Positions 1-12,074 of a stretch of DNA of 64,000 bases are shown here, one piece after another. Below the pieces are notes generated by a model. It ran no database searches. It saw nothing but the letters and a program-made list of their open reading frames with translations, and was not told the DNA's origin. Origin of the DNA: Curvularia clavata (Eukaryota); assembly GCA_023920165.1 (NCBI GenBank), contig CP089277.1:1612001-1676000 (forward strand), in the 5' to 3' direction. The stretch's first letter is position 1, and each line of letters begins with the position of its first letter. Made by a program: the position numbers and the translations under genes.

Positions 1-3000
1 AATTTCTAGGCCCGCGATCTCCAGCTGCGGGGCCCGTTGGAGGACCCCAGCCATTTGGTGATGATGGAATTTGACTTTGAGGTGCTCTGTTAGAGCCCCG
101 TGGACCACTGGGAGCATTTGGCATGTTGGTCTGGAGAGGAGGACCATTTGGTCCTCTGCCCTCGATGTTCACCAGTCTGCTAGGATGGACACCTGCAGGT
201 AATGATGCTGCAGGACCAGAAGGTGCAGTAGGTGTTGGGGGTTGTGATTGTGAGGACGAACGGTCGCCACGAGGGCCTAGTGGTGGTGCTGGCTCCGAAG
301 GTTGGTTTAGTCTTCCATAATTGGGATCTTGAGCTTGATGCCCAGAGGATCGCGGGCCAGAAGTTGGTTGGAACATTTCTCTAGAAGCACGAGATGATGT
401 AGAAGGATCGCTACGTCCGCCACGCGGTCCTGTGGGTGCACCTGTTGCGAATTCGTCCCTCCGGTCTCGACTACCAGGGGGTGGAGGTAGAGAGCGATCA
501 TCTCGATGTTCACGTGGTACATCACCTCGTCCATGATAATTAGGTAAGCGCTCCTCCATCCGACGATCCTCCCCGCGCCTATCATCACCATGACGAGGAG
601 AGTTCAATCGAGTGTCTCGCTCACGACGACCGTCGCGGTCAGGCCTTGGCGGTTCGTGTCTGCTATGCTGTTCGGCTTGATTAATTAGGGCAGCACGTGC
701 AGGATTTACTGTAGGCTCCTCCTTGGCTGGCATTGGAGGCTGGGGAAGTCTTTGAGGTCTATCACCCTGCTCGGCGCCGTAAGGGTTGTTAGCTGGTGGC
801 GCCTCTCGGCGATACTCATTAGCCAGTGACGAGGAAGACGGCATTCGACGAGTCTCCATTGTTTGATTTGCAGGATGCATGCGAGGATCCGGACGCTCAC
901 GCTGGTCTCTCGGGTCTCTGGCGTCGCGTGCATCCCAGGTGGGCGGTGGTCGTACTGGTGGCGCTCGCGTGTCCCGCATTGGTACTCGCATATTCCTGTC
1001 ATCATAGTCACGCTCTCGGCCAGACCATTCCCGGTGTTCGGCCGTAGGAGGTATCCTTTCAGGTGTTCTGCCTTCAGGAATTCGTCCACGTCGACCAGGG
1101 GATGCTTCGCGGTGACGTCCGACGTCTCCAGGTCGGTCCAATCGACCATAGTCATTCTGTGGAGGACCGCGGTTATCATATCGGTTATGGGGAGTTTCAG
1201 GCGCCCGGTCCATGTTAGGGCGTTCGGATTGCCGCGTCCTCGATGGTTGTGAGTCCGGCCGTGATGGCAAAGCATGCGATGGTCTTCCAGCGGCATTGGG
1301 GTGCATCGCCATGTTTCTACCGTCTGGTCTTGGCGGTACAGACGATGGATGCATTGGAGGACCTGGTTTGGGTGCTGATCTACCCATCACTAGTTCTTGC
1401 TGGGAAGGAGTAGGTGGCCGAGCTTCTGAGTGTCTTGGTCCAGGCTTGACCGGCTCTCTTTCTCTAGAAGAGGGCCCGGGTGTTCCAGGTGCCGAAACAT
1501 CACGCTTCGACGCGTTGTCATTCGTATCCCGTGGAGGGGCTCCATTGCTGCAGAAGGGAGGTCAGTCTCATTGTCGAAACGGCAGTGTGAGTATTCTACT
1601 AACGGTTCGGGTGTTGGCTTAAAAGCGGGTGCAGTTGCATTGAGCTTCGTCTCCTGCGGTTGCGAAGGCTTTGTGTTCTCCGAAGGAGCCTTATCATTCG
1701 CATTGGTCGTACTTCCGGGAGCGGGCGGTGGAGCAGGTACCTGTGATGCATCAGTGGGCTGTTGTACATCCAGAGAAGGCGATGAACTTACATTACGGAA
1801 TATGTGGTCCTCCTTCCAGGACTTTTCACCCTTGGTGATAGGACCCAACACGGATTCCAATGACTTTTTGAGATCTCCCCTCTCTTCTTCCTTGCTCAGA
1901 CGCTCGATTGTCTCCTTTAGCTCTGTACCCAAGCTTTGGACTTTAGGGAAATTGCTGCCCAGAGCGTGTAAGACATTGATGGCATTACGCATTTGCATGT
2001 AGCGACCAGTCTCGAGACATGTCTTGAGTGCTGTAGTGAGTGCCTTGTGCCATTTGAACAACACCATGCAAAACTGGTCGTATGTGAAGAAGGATGTGGC
2101 ATTCCGATCCGCATCATAGCTCCTGCCGAAACCAGGAAGGTCCTTATTTGGCCCATGTGCCTTCTTAGCATACGCATCGTCCTTGTTCTCATGCCAAGTC
2201 TGCAGCTCACGGAGCACGTCGCCAATGAATCGACCGAAGGATAACGATTCTGCTTCGGTGTACATGCTGATGATGCATGTAAGCCTGTTGGTAGTGAAGA
2301 GAACATCTAGGAGTCTGCTCATTCTGAACCCAGGCACACCTGAGCTATGCATGAATATGAGCATGGACGCAGCATATTGTGCATCTTCCAACGACATCCG
2401 ACTACGGGGAATGAAGCAGTCTTGAAGCAATGCATTGTGCAATGCATCGCACTGTGGACCGAGCATCGGTACGCCGGTAAACCATCCCTTGAGCTCAGCG
2501 CGCAAGCTGTCGTGGGTAGCAGCGATAGCTTTTGTAACAGCTTGTCGTTCTTCTTTGAGCTTAGGAATTTCCTGCTTTGCCCGACGCACGGCATCTGTCT
2601 CCGTCTTCGGAGCGTTGGACCTGTAGCCACGACGCTCGGGAACTGGGGCAGGCAATTGTCGCTCATAATGTTCAATTGTCTCTTGGTATTGTTGATCAAT
2701 ACCACCAACATCGACATCACGTAGAGAAAGTTGCCAGAAAGTAACGTAATATGACAAACACGGATGGCTGCCAAACTTACCAGGTAACTTCTCTTTGAGT
2801 TGCGCTGCTAGATGCTCAATTTCTGAGTTCGGTGTGTCGGGCAATGAAGGCTTATCCGAGACATCAGTGGTTGGCTTGACTGCAGGCACGTCGGATTCTG
2901 CCATCTCGACGTCATCGTTTGCTTTCGGTGTCTCGACCGCCGCCACGTCATCTTTGGCTCCACCTGCAGTTGTTGTTTCTTCTACATCAGTCATATGGGC

Positions 3001-6000
3001 ATCGTCGTTTGACTGTGCGTTAGCAGTGAGCTTTGCGCGCTGGTCAGCTCGGAACTCATTAGCTTTGGCTGCGATGCTCGCACGAGCGATGGTGAAGGCG
3101 ACGTCTGGCTCGATGCTGAAGTCGGACATCATCTCGATCAACGAGGGGAAGATGGCATCAAAATCTTCGACAGAGATGTATGCTCGAAGGAGCTCCAGGT
3201 ATTGAAGGAGGTTGGAGCGAAGCTTGTCGACATTGAAAAGAACCGGCTTATCAGGGACACTCTGCTGGTCCTCACGATGAACATAAGCCTCGACGTGCTG
3301 AGCAAGCGCAACGAGAATCTGTGGTCCCAACCCCGTCTCTTTCAGGCATCTGACCAAACGGCGAGCAGAAGAGCCAGCCAAGTGTCGATGATCGGCCAAC
3401 CGGTGCTGCAAAGTGAAAGTCCGAAGCACTGGTCCAGCGCAGAGCGCTAGGGTCATTGACTCGGAGACTGATCCGCTGAGACTGATTCCACCCATTGACT
3501 TGACTATCTGCTCAAGAACATCCAGCATGTAGAGTTCGCCCTCCGCGGTCAGTAGTTGTCGTACGGTGAGTTGTAACACTGGAACCGGATCCATCAAGTG
3601 GTACTTTGCATATGCTTTGCCAACAAACGTGGCAATATTCTTGAGCCAAGGTGCAGATAGCATACCATCGTCCTGATGCGAACCTTTATCGGGGCTGAGA
3701 AGGTACGTAACCAAGGTCCAAGTAAGGACATCGTATCCGAGCAAGGTAAGATACCGACTGCACTCCACCAAGGCAGTGATCATGTTAGGATAATTGACCA
3801 GCTGCTTGACTGTTGTCTTGAAGACCCATCCAGGGCTGGCGTAGGAAATCTTGGCGATTTTACGGCCATACTCCTTCGTATTGGTAGCAGAGATACGACT
3901 CAATGTCTTTTTGGTTTCGTTTTGGACTTGATCAAAAGCTCTCTTACTTGCTGGTTTGAGCATTCCGTTGAACCATTGCTGGTATATGGTGTATCGAGTG
4001 GCGGTGTCGAAATTTTTGAATAAGTCCCAAACCTCATTGACTATTCCGGGGTTCCTGCCTGTGAAAGATACTGCAGGTGCTATGAATGTGGCTGAGAAGT
4101 TGATCCATCGTCTTCGATTCTCGTCCGAGGGGTCATCCGCTAGGTTCCGCTTGCCAATCCGTACAATCTTTGTCAGTAGCACGATATCTCTGCCACACTC
4201 CGCTCCAATCAGGCCTAAAAGGCTTGTGCAAAGCTTCATCACATCGTCGACGTCTTGGCATACAGGGACATTGTCAACCCAGTCCTCCCAGTAGAACTTG
4301 TAATCGATCCCCCCGTCAGAATCCTTCTGGTCAGGCTTAGCCCATCGAAGAACCCGTCGAGGAATAAAGTCGCTTGGTCTCTGAGGGCCACGGACACTAG
4401 AACCTTTGGTAGAGATCGCCTGCTCTTCAAATGGTGTAGGTTTTGAGGCTTCGTACAGTTTGCTCAGAGAATGGTGGGCCAGACGGCAAATAAGGCCCTG
4501 CAGTTCAGGGTAGACTTCCAGGAACCAGGGGTGGCGTCCGAGGATGAACAATGCTTCCGGTAGGGCACCTATACACAAAAGGCTCTTTAGAAGCGTGAAT
4601 TTCTGGTCCGTTGGCTCAGGGAGGTCTTTCCTCTTTTCCGCTGGTTCGTCGGGGTTGACAGGCGTGTTCCTTCCGGTATCCGGCTTCGACCTACTTTCAG
4701 TATCCCTAAGGCGGGAAACGACGGGCTGTCCAGGTGTATCATCAGGCAGCGCGCCAGCAAGTGTCAGTGCGTTAACGACTGCGCCACGTTCCTTTTCCTC
4801 TTTTTCTTTTTTAGCCTTGAGAAGCTTGTCTTTATGCGCTGCCATATCCTCCTCCAATGGATATAGATGTGGGTATAGGTCAAGAATGGAAATAAACCCA
4901 ATCTTGATCAAGAGCGCAATGAGGTATATGAGGTTGTCGGGAAGGACGTCCGAGGCGTCGCGGACGTCAGAGGCGTAGAAACGAAGTTTGAAACCAAGAA
5001 GTTGTGCTGCGATATCGTTTCCGGAAGGGGGAAGAGTCTTTGTTTGTTCCATCCATTCATCAGCCCATTTCCGAGCTGCTTGCTGTCTCGACAACGGTTT
5101 GCCTTCAGCTTCAGCGGGTAAAGTCTGGTCCGGCTGTCGGTTGTTCGCAATAATACGGCGTGCACCAAGCTCAAAGAAAGCTTGAACACCTGCCCGATCA
5201 CCGAGCTCGCCTACACGTTGCCAGAACTTTCGGTCTCGGGATTCGCGTAGTTGCAGCTGCTCTTCTTTTTCCTCGTCAGAGTAATACCAGAGTTTCGAAT
5301 CTGGCTGCGCCCAACGGGGAAGCGTAGGAACTTCAGCTTCTTCCCACTCAATGTTGTCAAAACCGTGTAGCTGGGGCCACCATGCACTTGTCCGTAAAAG
5401 CTTAACAAAGAACTTTCCGTGTTTGACCAGAAGGTTGGCGAACACATCGAGTGTGACATCGAGAACTCTTCCAATATCCAAATCAAATGCACCAATGAGT
5501 GCATTCACCCGTTGGTAGGTTTCGCTTACAACTTCTTGGGTTGGTGGTTCGCTGTTCACGGTGGTGAAGTATTCAGTCATCAACTTAGAATAACCCTCGG
5601 TCTCTTCGCGTAGGAGGTTGTAGTTGGATTGGCGATACAATGCGTGGGTCGCTTTCCGGATAGCTATCTTTCCAAAACTGTCGCGAACCAGGCCTAACGA
5701 CTTCAAGAGCTCGTACTCAAGCTCAGAGCGCATGCGTGACACATCGATGTTGGTTGCAGTAAGCATTTGCCGTACAGCAGCCTGTTTGCTCTCGTCATGT
5801 GTAAGGGAACTTAGGGTGTCGAGGAAGGATGATACTGAGTCGATGTCGTCGGTCGGGGCCGATACGATGTCCCGCACCATGGACCCCAACTCGCCAGCGT
5901 CTAGTAGTTGGTCCATGGATGCCTCGATGATCTCATGGAATATAACTGACAGTGTGAGTGCATCGCCGTCGCGCTGAGCAGACAAGGCAGCCTGCACAAC

Positions 6001-6468
6001 AGCATCGCGTGCCTCGCTGTTCCAACTGGCAACCCGATCTGGTGTCAGATACTCATTACTCGCAGGCACTGGACGCGGCGTAGTCGGTCTCGGGGCCTGG
6101 ACAGGCGCAGGCACAGGCATAGGTGGTGGTGGTGGCGGCGCGGGAGTGGAAGCGGCAGCGGTGGATGTGGAAGCAGATGGTGTCTGTTGAGGCGGCCTTG
6201 TTGGTGTGAAAGTGTTGTTGTTTGGTGGTGACATAGCAGGCGGCGATGCATGTGAGAGATTGGGGCTTTGCGGCACGCTTGAATTACCGCGCCCATTGTT
6301 CCTGCTCGGTCGTCTGCCGCCTCCGCCTCCACCACGCGGACTGTTTGTTTGCTGCTGGCCATGCGCAAGTCCCATGTGCTGTGGGCGATGCGGCGACGGT
6401 CGTCCGGTACGGTCGTCATCCTGGGAGTAGGTGCGATCAGGTCGCTTTCGCTTTGGCGGGGGAGCCAT
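1..6468 (-). CDS. THO2: THO complex subunit 2 (TREX); 3' end extends beyond window start
   Basis: Long ORF from ATG 6468 with Tho2-type segments (LYRQSNYNLLREETEGYSKL, LIGAFDLDIGRVLD, YVTFWQLSL). Introns at 1791-1741 (GTAAGT..CTGAT..CAG, 51 nt) and 1603-1548 (GTTAGT..CTGAC..CAG, 56 nt). The spliced frame stays open from 1547 to position 1. Confidence 0.92.
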
Positions 6469-7061
6469 GGTGGTACCCTCTCAGGATAGAGAGACCGGCG
6501 CGAGCTGGGGGTTGATAAAATACGAGGGGAGCATGCGGTGGTTGCTCGCGGGTTAGTTTGTCGATGGGGAGTTGGCGTTCGCGCGCGCGCGTACAGTACA
6601 GTCAATGACGGATACAAAGACTGGACAAAGGCGCGATTCCCAGGCTGACCGACTGGGCCAGAGGTGCAAAACGAGAGTCGCGTTGTGGCGGGCGCGGGTT
6701 GATGATGAAAGCGTGTCGAACTTCCAAAGGCTCAAGACATCGCGAGCTCCTAGCGTCACCGCGCACCCTGGCGCTAGCGTCGGACCGTGCGTTCACCACC
6801 ACCGCTTTGTCTGTGCCGCGTTCACTCTGAGCTAATAGTATTTTGGTATTTGTGACACTTCATTGTCGCCACCGCATGCGCACACGCTCATGAATACAAG
6901 AACAATCACAATATGGACACATGTCATGGTTCAATGTTTAAGCAGGCCAACAGCAATTCTATTGGGATGCGCTTTTGAATACGTTGTCTCCACTATACAG
7001 GTCTCAAACAGTAAAAAAGGAGCGACCAGACCATCTACATCTATACCGGCAACCTGAGCAT

Positions 7062-8985
7062 CTAGGCCGCTGCAGCGACAGCCTGTGCCGTAGCCTTGCG
7101 CTCGTTCTCGAGCACGGCCTCTAGCACACCAGTCGCGCCCTGGCCAGCCTTCATCTCTTTGATAACATCGACAAGGCCAAGCTGCTCGTCGGTCCAGAGA
7201 GGCGCCTCCTCGGCTTTACCAGCTTCACCAACTCCGATGAAGCCACCTTCAGCAGCCCACTCACTGGTACGCTTGATTCCGAGCTGCGTCCAGACAGCAT
7301 CGACAGCCTCGACCAGATGCTCCCGGTACTCACGGGTGTGGCCAGGCGTAGGCGTGATACGAAGACGCTCCTGGCCGACAGGAACGGTAGGGTAGTTAAT
7401 GGCCTGGACGTAGATGCCCCACTCCTCGAGAAGCAGGTCCGATGCCTTTCTAGCGATTTCGGCGTTGCCAACGAGCACGGGCACGATGTGGCTAGGGTTC
7501 GGGATAACGGGGATGTCCATCTCATTCAATGCGTCCTTGACTGCCCGAGTGTGCAGTTGCTGGAGGCGCCTGTCACCCTGGTAGTTTGCCTGGTATTCAA
7601 TAGCAGTCTTGGCGCCTGCCATGGTCGCAGGTGGCAGTGAGGTCGTGAAGATGAAGCCAGGAGCGAGCGACCTGATTGTGTCAACAAGCTTAGCAGAGCC
7701 CGCAATATAGCCGCCAACGCAGCCATACGCCTTTCCGAGCGTGCCAGTAATGATGTCCACACGGTCCTGAATTGTACCCTTGGGTCTGCCTGCCTTGTGG
7801 GCATCGTAATCAAGATGCTCAGCAACACCAGCGCCGTGTGGCCCGTACATGCCAACAGCGTGGACTTCGTCCAAAAAGGTAATTGCACCGTACTTCTCAG
7901 CAAGATCACAGATTTCCTCAATAGGACCAATCGAGCCGCACATGCTATACACACTTTCAAACGCGATAATCTTGGGGTACTCTGCAGGAATTGACTGCAG
8001 CTTTGCCTCGAGATCGGCAACATCGTTGTGCTTGAATACCATCTTCTTTGCGCCAGAGTGACGGATACCCTGGATCATGGAAGCGTGGTTCAGGCTGTCC
8101 GAGAGAATGACGCAGTTGGGCAATTTACTGCCCAGAGTCGCCAGGGTCGCATCGTTGGCCACATAGCAAGAGGAGAAGACAAGCGCAGCCTCCTTGGAGT
8201 GTAGCTTCGCGATAGTGTTCTCCAATCCCACAGCATGCTGGTTGTGACCGGAAATGTTCCTAGTGCCTCCAGCGCCAGCGCCGTAAGTGTCCAGGGTCTC
8301 GTGCATGGACTTGAGTACCTGCGGGTTGCGGCCCATGCCGAGGTAGTCGTTAGAGCACCATACTGTCACCTTGTCTTCCGCGGATTCCTTGTGCGCGCGG
8401 GGAAATTCCTTGGCTAGGCGATTGATGTTGTTGAAGTACCGGTATGATTTATCCTTGTGCTTTTTGTCCAACTCATTCTGGTAGAAGCCTTCGTAGTCGA
8501 ATTTCGAGGCCTTGTGCGCAGACGAGGCGACGGCAGGAGAAGGCTTGTTGACCGCAGGCTTGAGGGGCGCTGGAGGAAATGGAGCCAGGCCTACGCAGGG
8601 TTAGCATGCCGCTGTCACATATTTTCTTGTGCATAATGTCCATACCCTTCTGGCTTCTCAGACTTTCGATATCAACGGCCTGGGCTTCCTTGGAAGCTGT
8701 CGTATGCAACCTGGCCCGGTTCACACGGGTGTGGTAGGCACGTACACCGCCGAAAGCGCCCGCAAGCGCATTGTTGCCATTGCGAGCAGTCTGCACAGCA
8801 AGAGCTTTTCCCATAATGGGGCAGCGGCGAGCGAGGACTTGAAGGTTTGACATGCTGCCGCCACCTGGCGAGACCTCAGGGCGGGTAGCCGCAGCCGTAG
8901 TGGTGGAGAGCGAGCGAAGGGTGGCGGGTGACGTTTTGTGAAGAAACGGACACATGGACTTGGATTGGCGCAAAAGAGCCTCCAT
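7062..8985 (-). CDS. HEM1: 5-aminolevulinate synthase, mitochondrial precursor
   Basis: ATG 8985; one intron 8645-8591 (GTATGG..GCTAAC..TAG); 622 aa. Motifs [28 protein letters not shown] (PLP lysine) and [10 protein letters not shown]; presequence carries CP motifs. Confidence 0.97.
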
Positions 8986-9775
8986 GGTGGTCAATTACGC
9001 GGGACGTGAATTTACGGAATATGCGACGGGACAGAGAGTGTGTATGTGAGCTGGAGTCAGGACGGATGAGAAGAGTAAGAGAGAGAAGGGCTTATTCTGA
9101 AAATGTGTCAACCCCGACAAGTAAGTTACATGCGGTAATAGCGCGGAGCCAAGTATGCCGGACACCCACATCAAATAGACCCCCCATGATTGGCTTGCCG
9201 TGTCAGCTTGCCGCTTCTAGCTTTGTAAGCGTCAATATGAAGGTAATTACTATATACACATGCCGGCCCCATTGCTCTGTAAGAATACACGCGTGAGGGG
9301 TTCCGGGCCTGGAGCCCATGACTTAGGTTGTCGACCCTTGCACAAAAGTCAGAATGGTCCGCGGACGGCTCCACGAAAACAATTTTAGAAGAGCTGGTGA
9401 GAAGCTGGCTCATAGCCTTTGCCTCGGCGGACGCATCGATGTGATCTCGTAGACCACGTGACTGGCACACACCCCGCTTACCTGGCCATTGGCTCTCTTT
9501 TCCGGGGGTGATTCCTATCACTCTACGGACATCCGACACACTTCTCGCGCTCGAAGTAGCATTCCTTGGCCCTCGTGTGCATGCCTGTCCACCTGATTTT
9601 GCAGACTCTTGGTAGGAAGTTGACGAGCAGCAAAAACTGCCGAAATACGCCGCATGTGGTTCGATGTTCATCAAATCGGCAACTTTTTGCTTGCCGAGGC
9701 CTAGATGCACTCGGATGACACAACGCACTGGTAATACATCTAGAATTCACGTTCAGCTAGGTGTACTTTTCTTCG

Positions 9776-11624
9776 TCAATCGTCGTCCGAGATCTCGATA
9801 ATTTCTGCCTGAGATGGCTGCTCAGGGTGCTGCAGTGCTTGTTGGCTGAACGTCGTCTCCATGATTGTACGAAGATAATCGTAGAAGGTCGTTGTTCCGG
9901 CAGATTCGTCCGCTATACAAGACTGGAGCTCTTCAAAATCTCCGACGGATGCGTTGGATTCCTCGAAGAAGTTTTTGCAAAACCACCACGACAGAAAAAG
10001 GTTGGTGAAGTTGGCGATCTTGCGCATATCTTCAGGAAGAATGCCCCGAAGCTGGTGTTCTCCCTTCTTTAGCATGTTGACACACGCGGTAAGTTCCTTC
10101 AAGAGGCTAGTCTTCTTAATCAGCCGGACGCGGGTGCGGATTGCTTCACGATCACTAGCGTCCATTTCGAATATGGCTTTCGAAACGATACGTTTACGGT
10201 CAAGATGCTCGATCAATTCATGCCACTTCCAGCGGCGCACTGAGCTAATTGAAGCCCTTTCTGGTTCGTCTCCGTAATTCGAAATGATGCGTGTCGAGTG
10301 CTGGGACTCATGATGATGATTGTCGACCATATGCTCAATACTACGGGCGACACGAGATTTTGGCGTCAATGTCTGCGTCTGCTGCTTTATAGGAATCCCG
10401 AAAAGGTAGGTAGCATGTTGAGTAGATCTGTTTACTTCTGCTGGTTCCGGCGATGAATCAAGATCAACGACCTCAATATCTGCGACAGCATGTGATTTGG
10501 GTGTCGATGCATCACCAACGGCACTGTCGGAATGGTTTGCAAGCTCGTCATCGCTATCTGCGACAGGCTCCAGTTTGTAAATGTCTCTCAGCCAAGCAGC
10601 AAGCTCCATTGATTCGACAGTGCCCTCTAGGTTACGACACTGCCGTCGTATTTGATTCTAAATGATAGTTTGCTGTCAGCTTTCAGTCTGATATCAGGTT
10701 ATGGAACGTGTGCTTGCTTACTGCATTGTTTCCAGGAGATTTCCTGATTTCTTCACGCATGGTATCAAGCCTGAGTTTGAAGTATTCGTATTCAGCCTCG
10801 TACTTCTGTACAAGATTTTGTCTTTGGCCTGAAGCTTCTGCCTTGTCCCACATGGCGTTGACATCGTAATCTACTTCTTCGCCTGGAATGACACCGGCAT
10901 TAGGTCTCCATGAGTCCATGTAGAAGTTGATACGCTCATCGATGATGGCGTAGATTTCTTTCTTAGAAAGTCCGCATTGTGTTGGTAAGTCCTCGTTTTC
11001 GTTCTCATCAGAGTCAAGTGGAACATCTAGTTCATCCTCAGCGTGGGTGACATCTGGCCAGTCGGCATACTCGTCGTCTCCCAAACTGCCGTCTGCGGCA
11101 AAGTCTATTATCTCATCGTCCCCGGCTGTATCTTGCCATCGCAGAAGATGTTCAAACTCGTCGGGCCCGCCAGGCATGCGCTGCGTTGGCGCCGCTTGGC
11201 GCAATGGTTCCCTCGAGATGTTTTTAATCCTCACCTGCTTTCGAACTACCGGTGATGCTTCTGTGATACCATTGAGCGGTGCTGTCGTGTCATTGCGTGT
11301 TCCTTCAATGCTATTGGTTGCACTTGTGCTAGGCCGGAACAGCTTGTAGACATGCGATCTCCGTTGAAGCACTTCTATGACTGCATATAGAGCCGAGCGC
11401 TGATTTGAATGGGCTATCCTTAGTTCGTTCCTGGTTACTAGTCTAGAGGCATCGAATTTGAGGAGCGCCTCTCCCGTTATATTCCGCATCCGCAGCTCAG
11501 CTTCAAGAGCTGGGCAGTCTGGAATGTCAGCGGCAGATTGTGCTGCAGCCAAGAATAGCGCGAACGAGTGACACAATTGAGTGACAACTTCGTCCACACT
11601 CCAGAACCAGGGATCACTGGACAT
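9776..11624 (-). CDS. Hypothetical protein with SAM-like N-terminus and acidic linker
   Basis: ORFs 10683-11624 and 9776-10609 join in frame through intron 10721-10658 (GTAAGC..GCTGAC..TAG); about 594 aa. N-terminal DPWFWSVDEVV...ITGEALL resembles a SAM-domain start. Function unknown. Confidence 0.75.
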
Positions 11625-12074
11625 TTTTGCTTATGGGGCTGACAGGTTGTGTGTGTGTGTCCCTTTGTTGCTTTTGTTTGTTTCAAGACGCATATAATTA
11701 GAAGTGTCAAGTTGAGCAGATCATGAGCAAAAGAAATGAGAGCAGAGTGGCGCGACATCCTGAAGTAGACTACGCGCCGTTTGCAGGGCGCACACGGTCA
11801 TGTGACAGCGCGTGGAGGGGTACGTAAGTGTACACTTTGGCGAACAGTATGTAAAGTGATAGCATCAAACTCTCTTTTGTAGTATTACGTCGAAATTTAC
11901 CGCACATACAAACGAAAAGGCCTTTTCTCTCACTTATCATGTAAGCAAGTGGGCAGTTGCAGCGGGGCAAATGAGGCCATCGCTCTAGCGCCGGCCGCAT
12001 TTGTAAGTTTCTCAAGAGGTGCTTCTTCGTCAACCATTCTAACACTCAACAACATCTCAGTCGCTTCCGTAGCC

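Noticed and set aside
706..1296. 196-aa minus ORF and neighbouring short ORFs near the window start
   Set aside because: They are alternative frames over the true THO2 last exon.
11949..12074. GTG-initiated N-terminal extension of GSH2
   Set aside because: Short, not Arg-rich like a targeting peptide, and probably within the shared promoter; ATG 12075 has a strong context.
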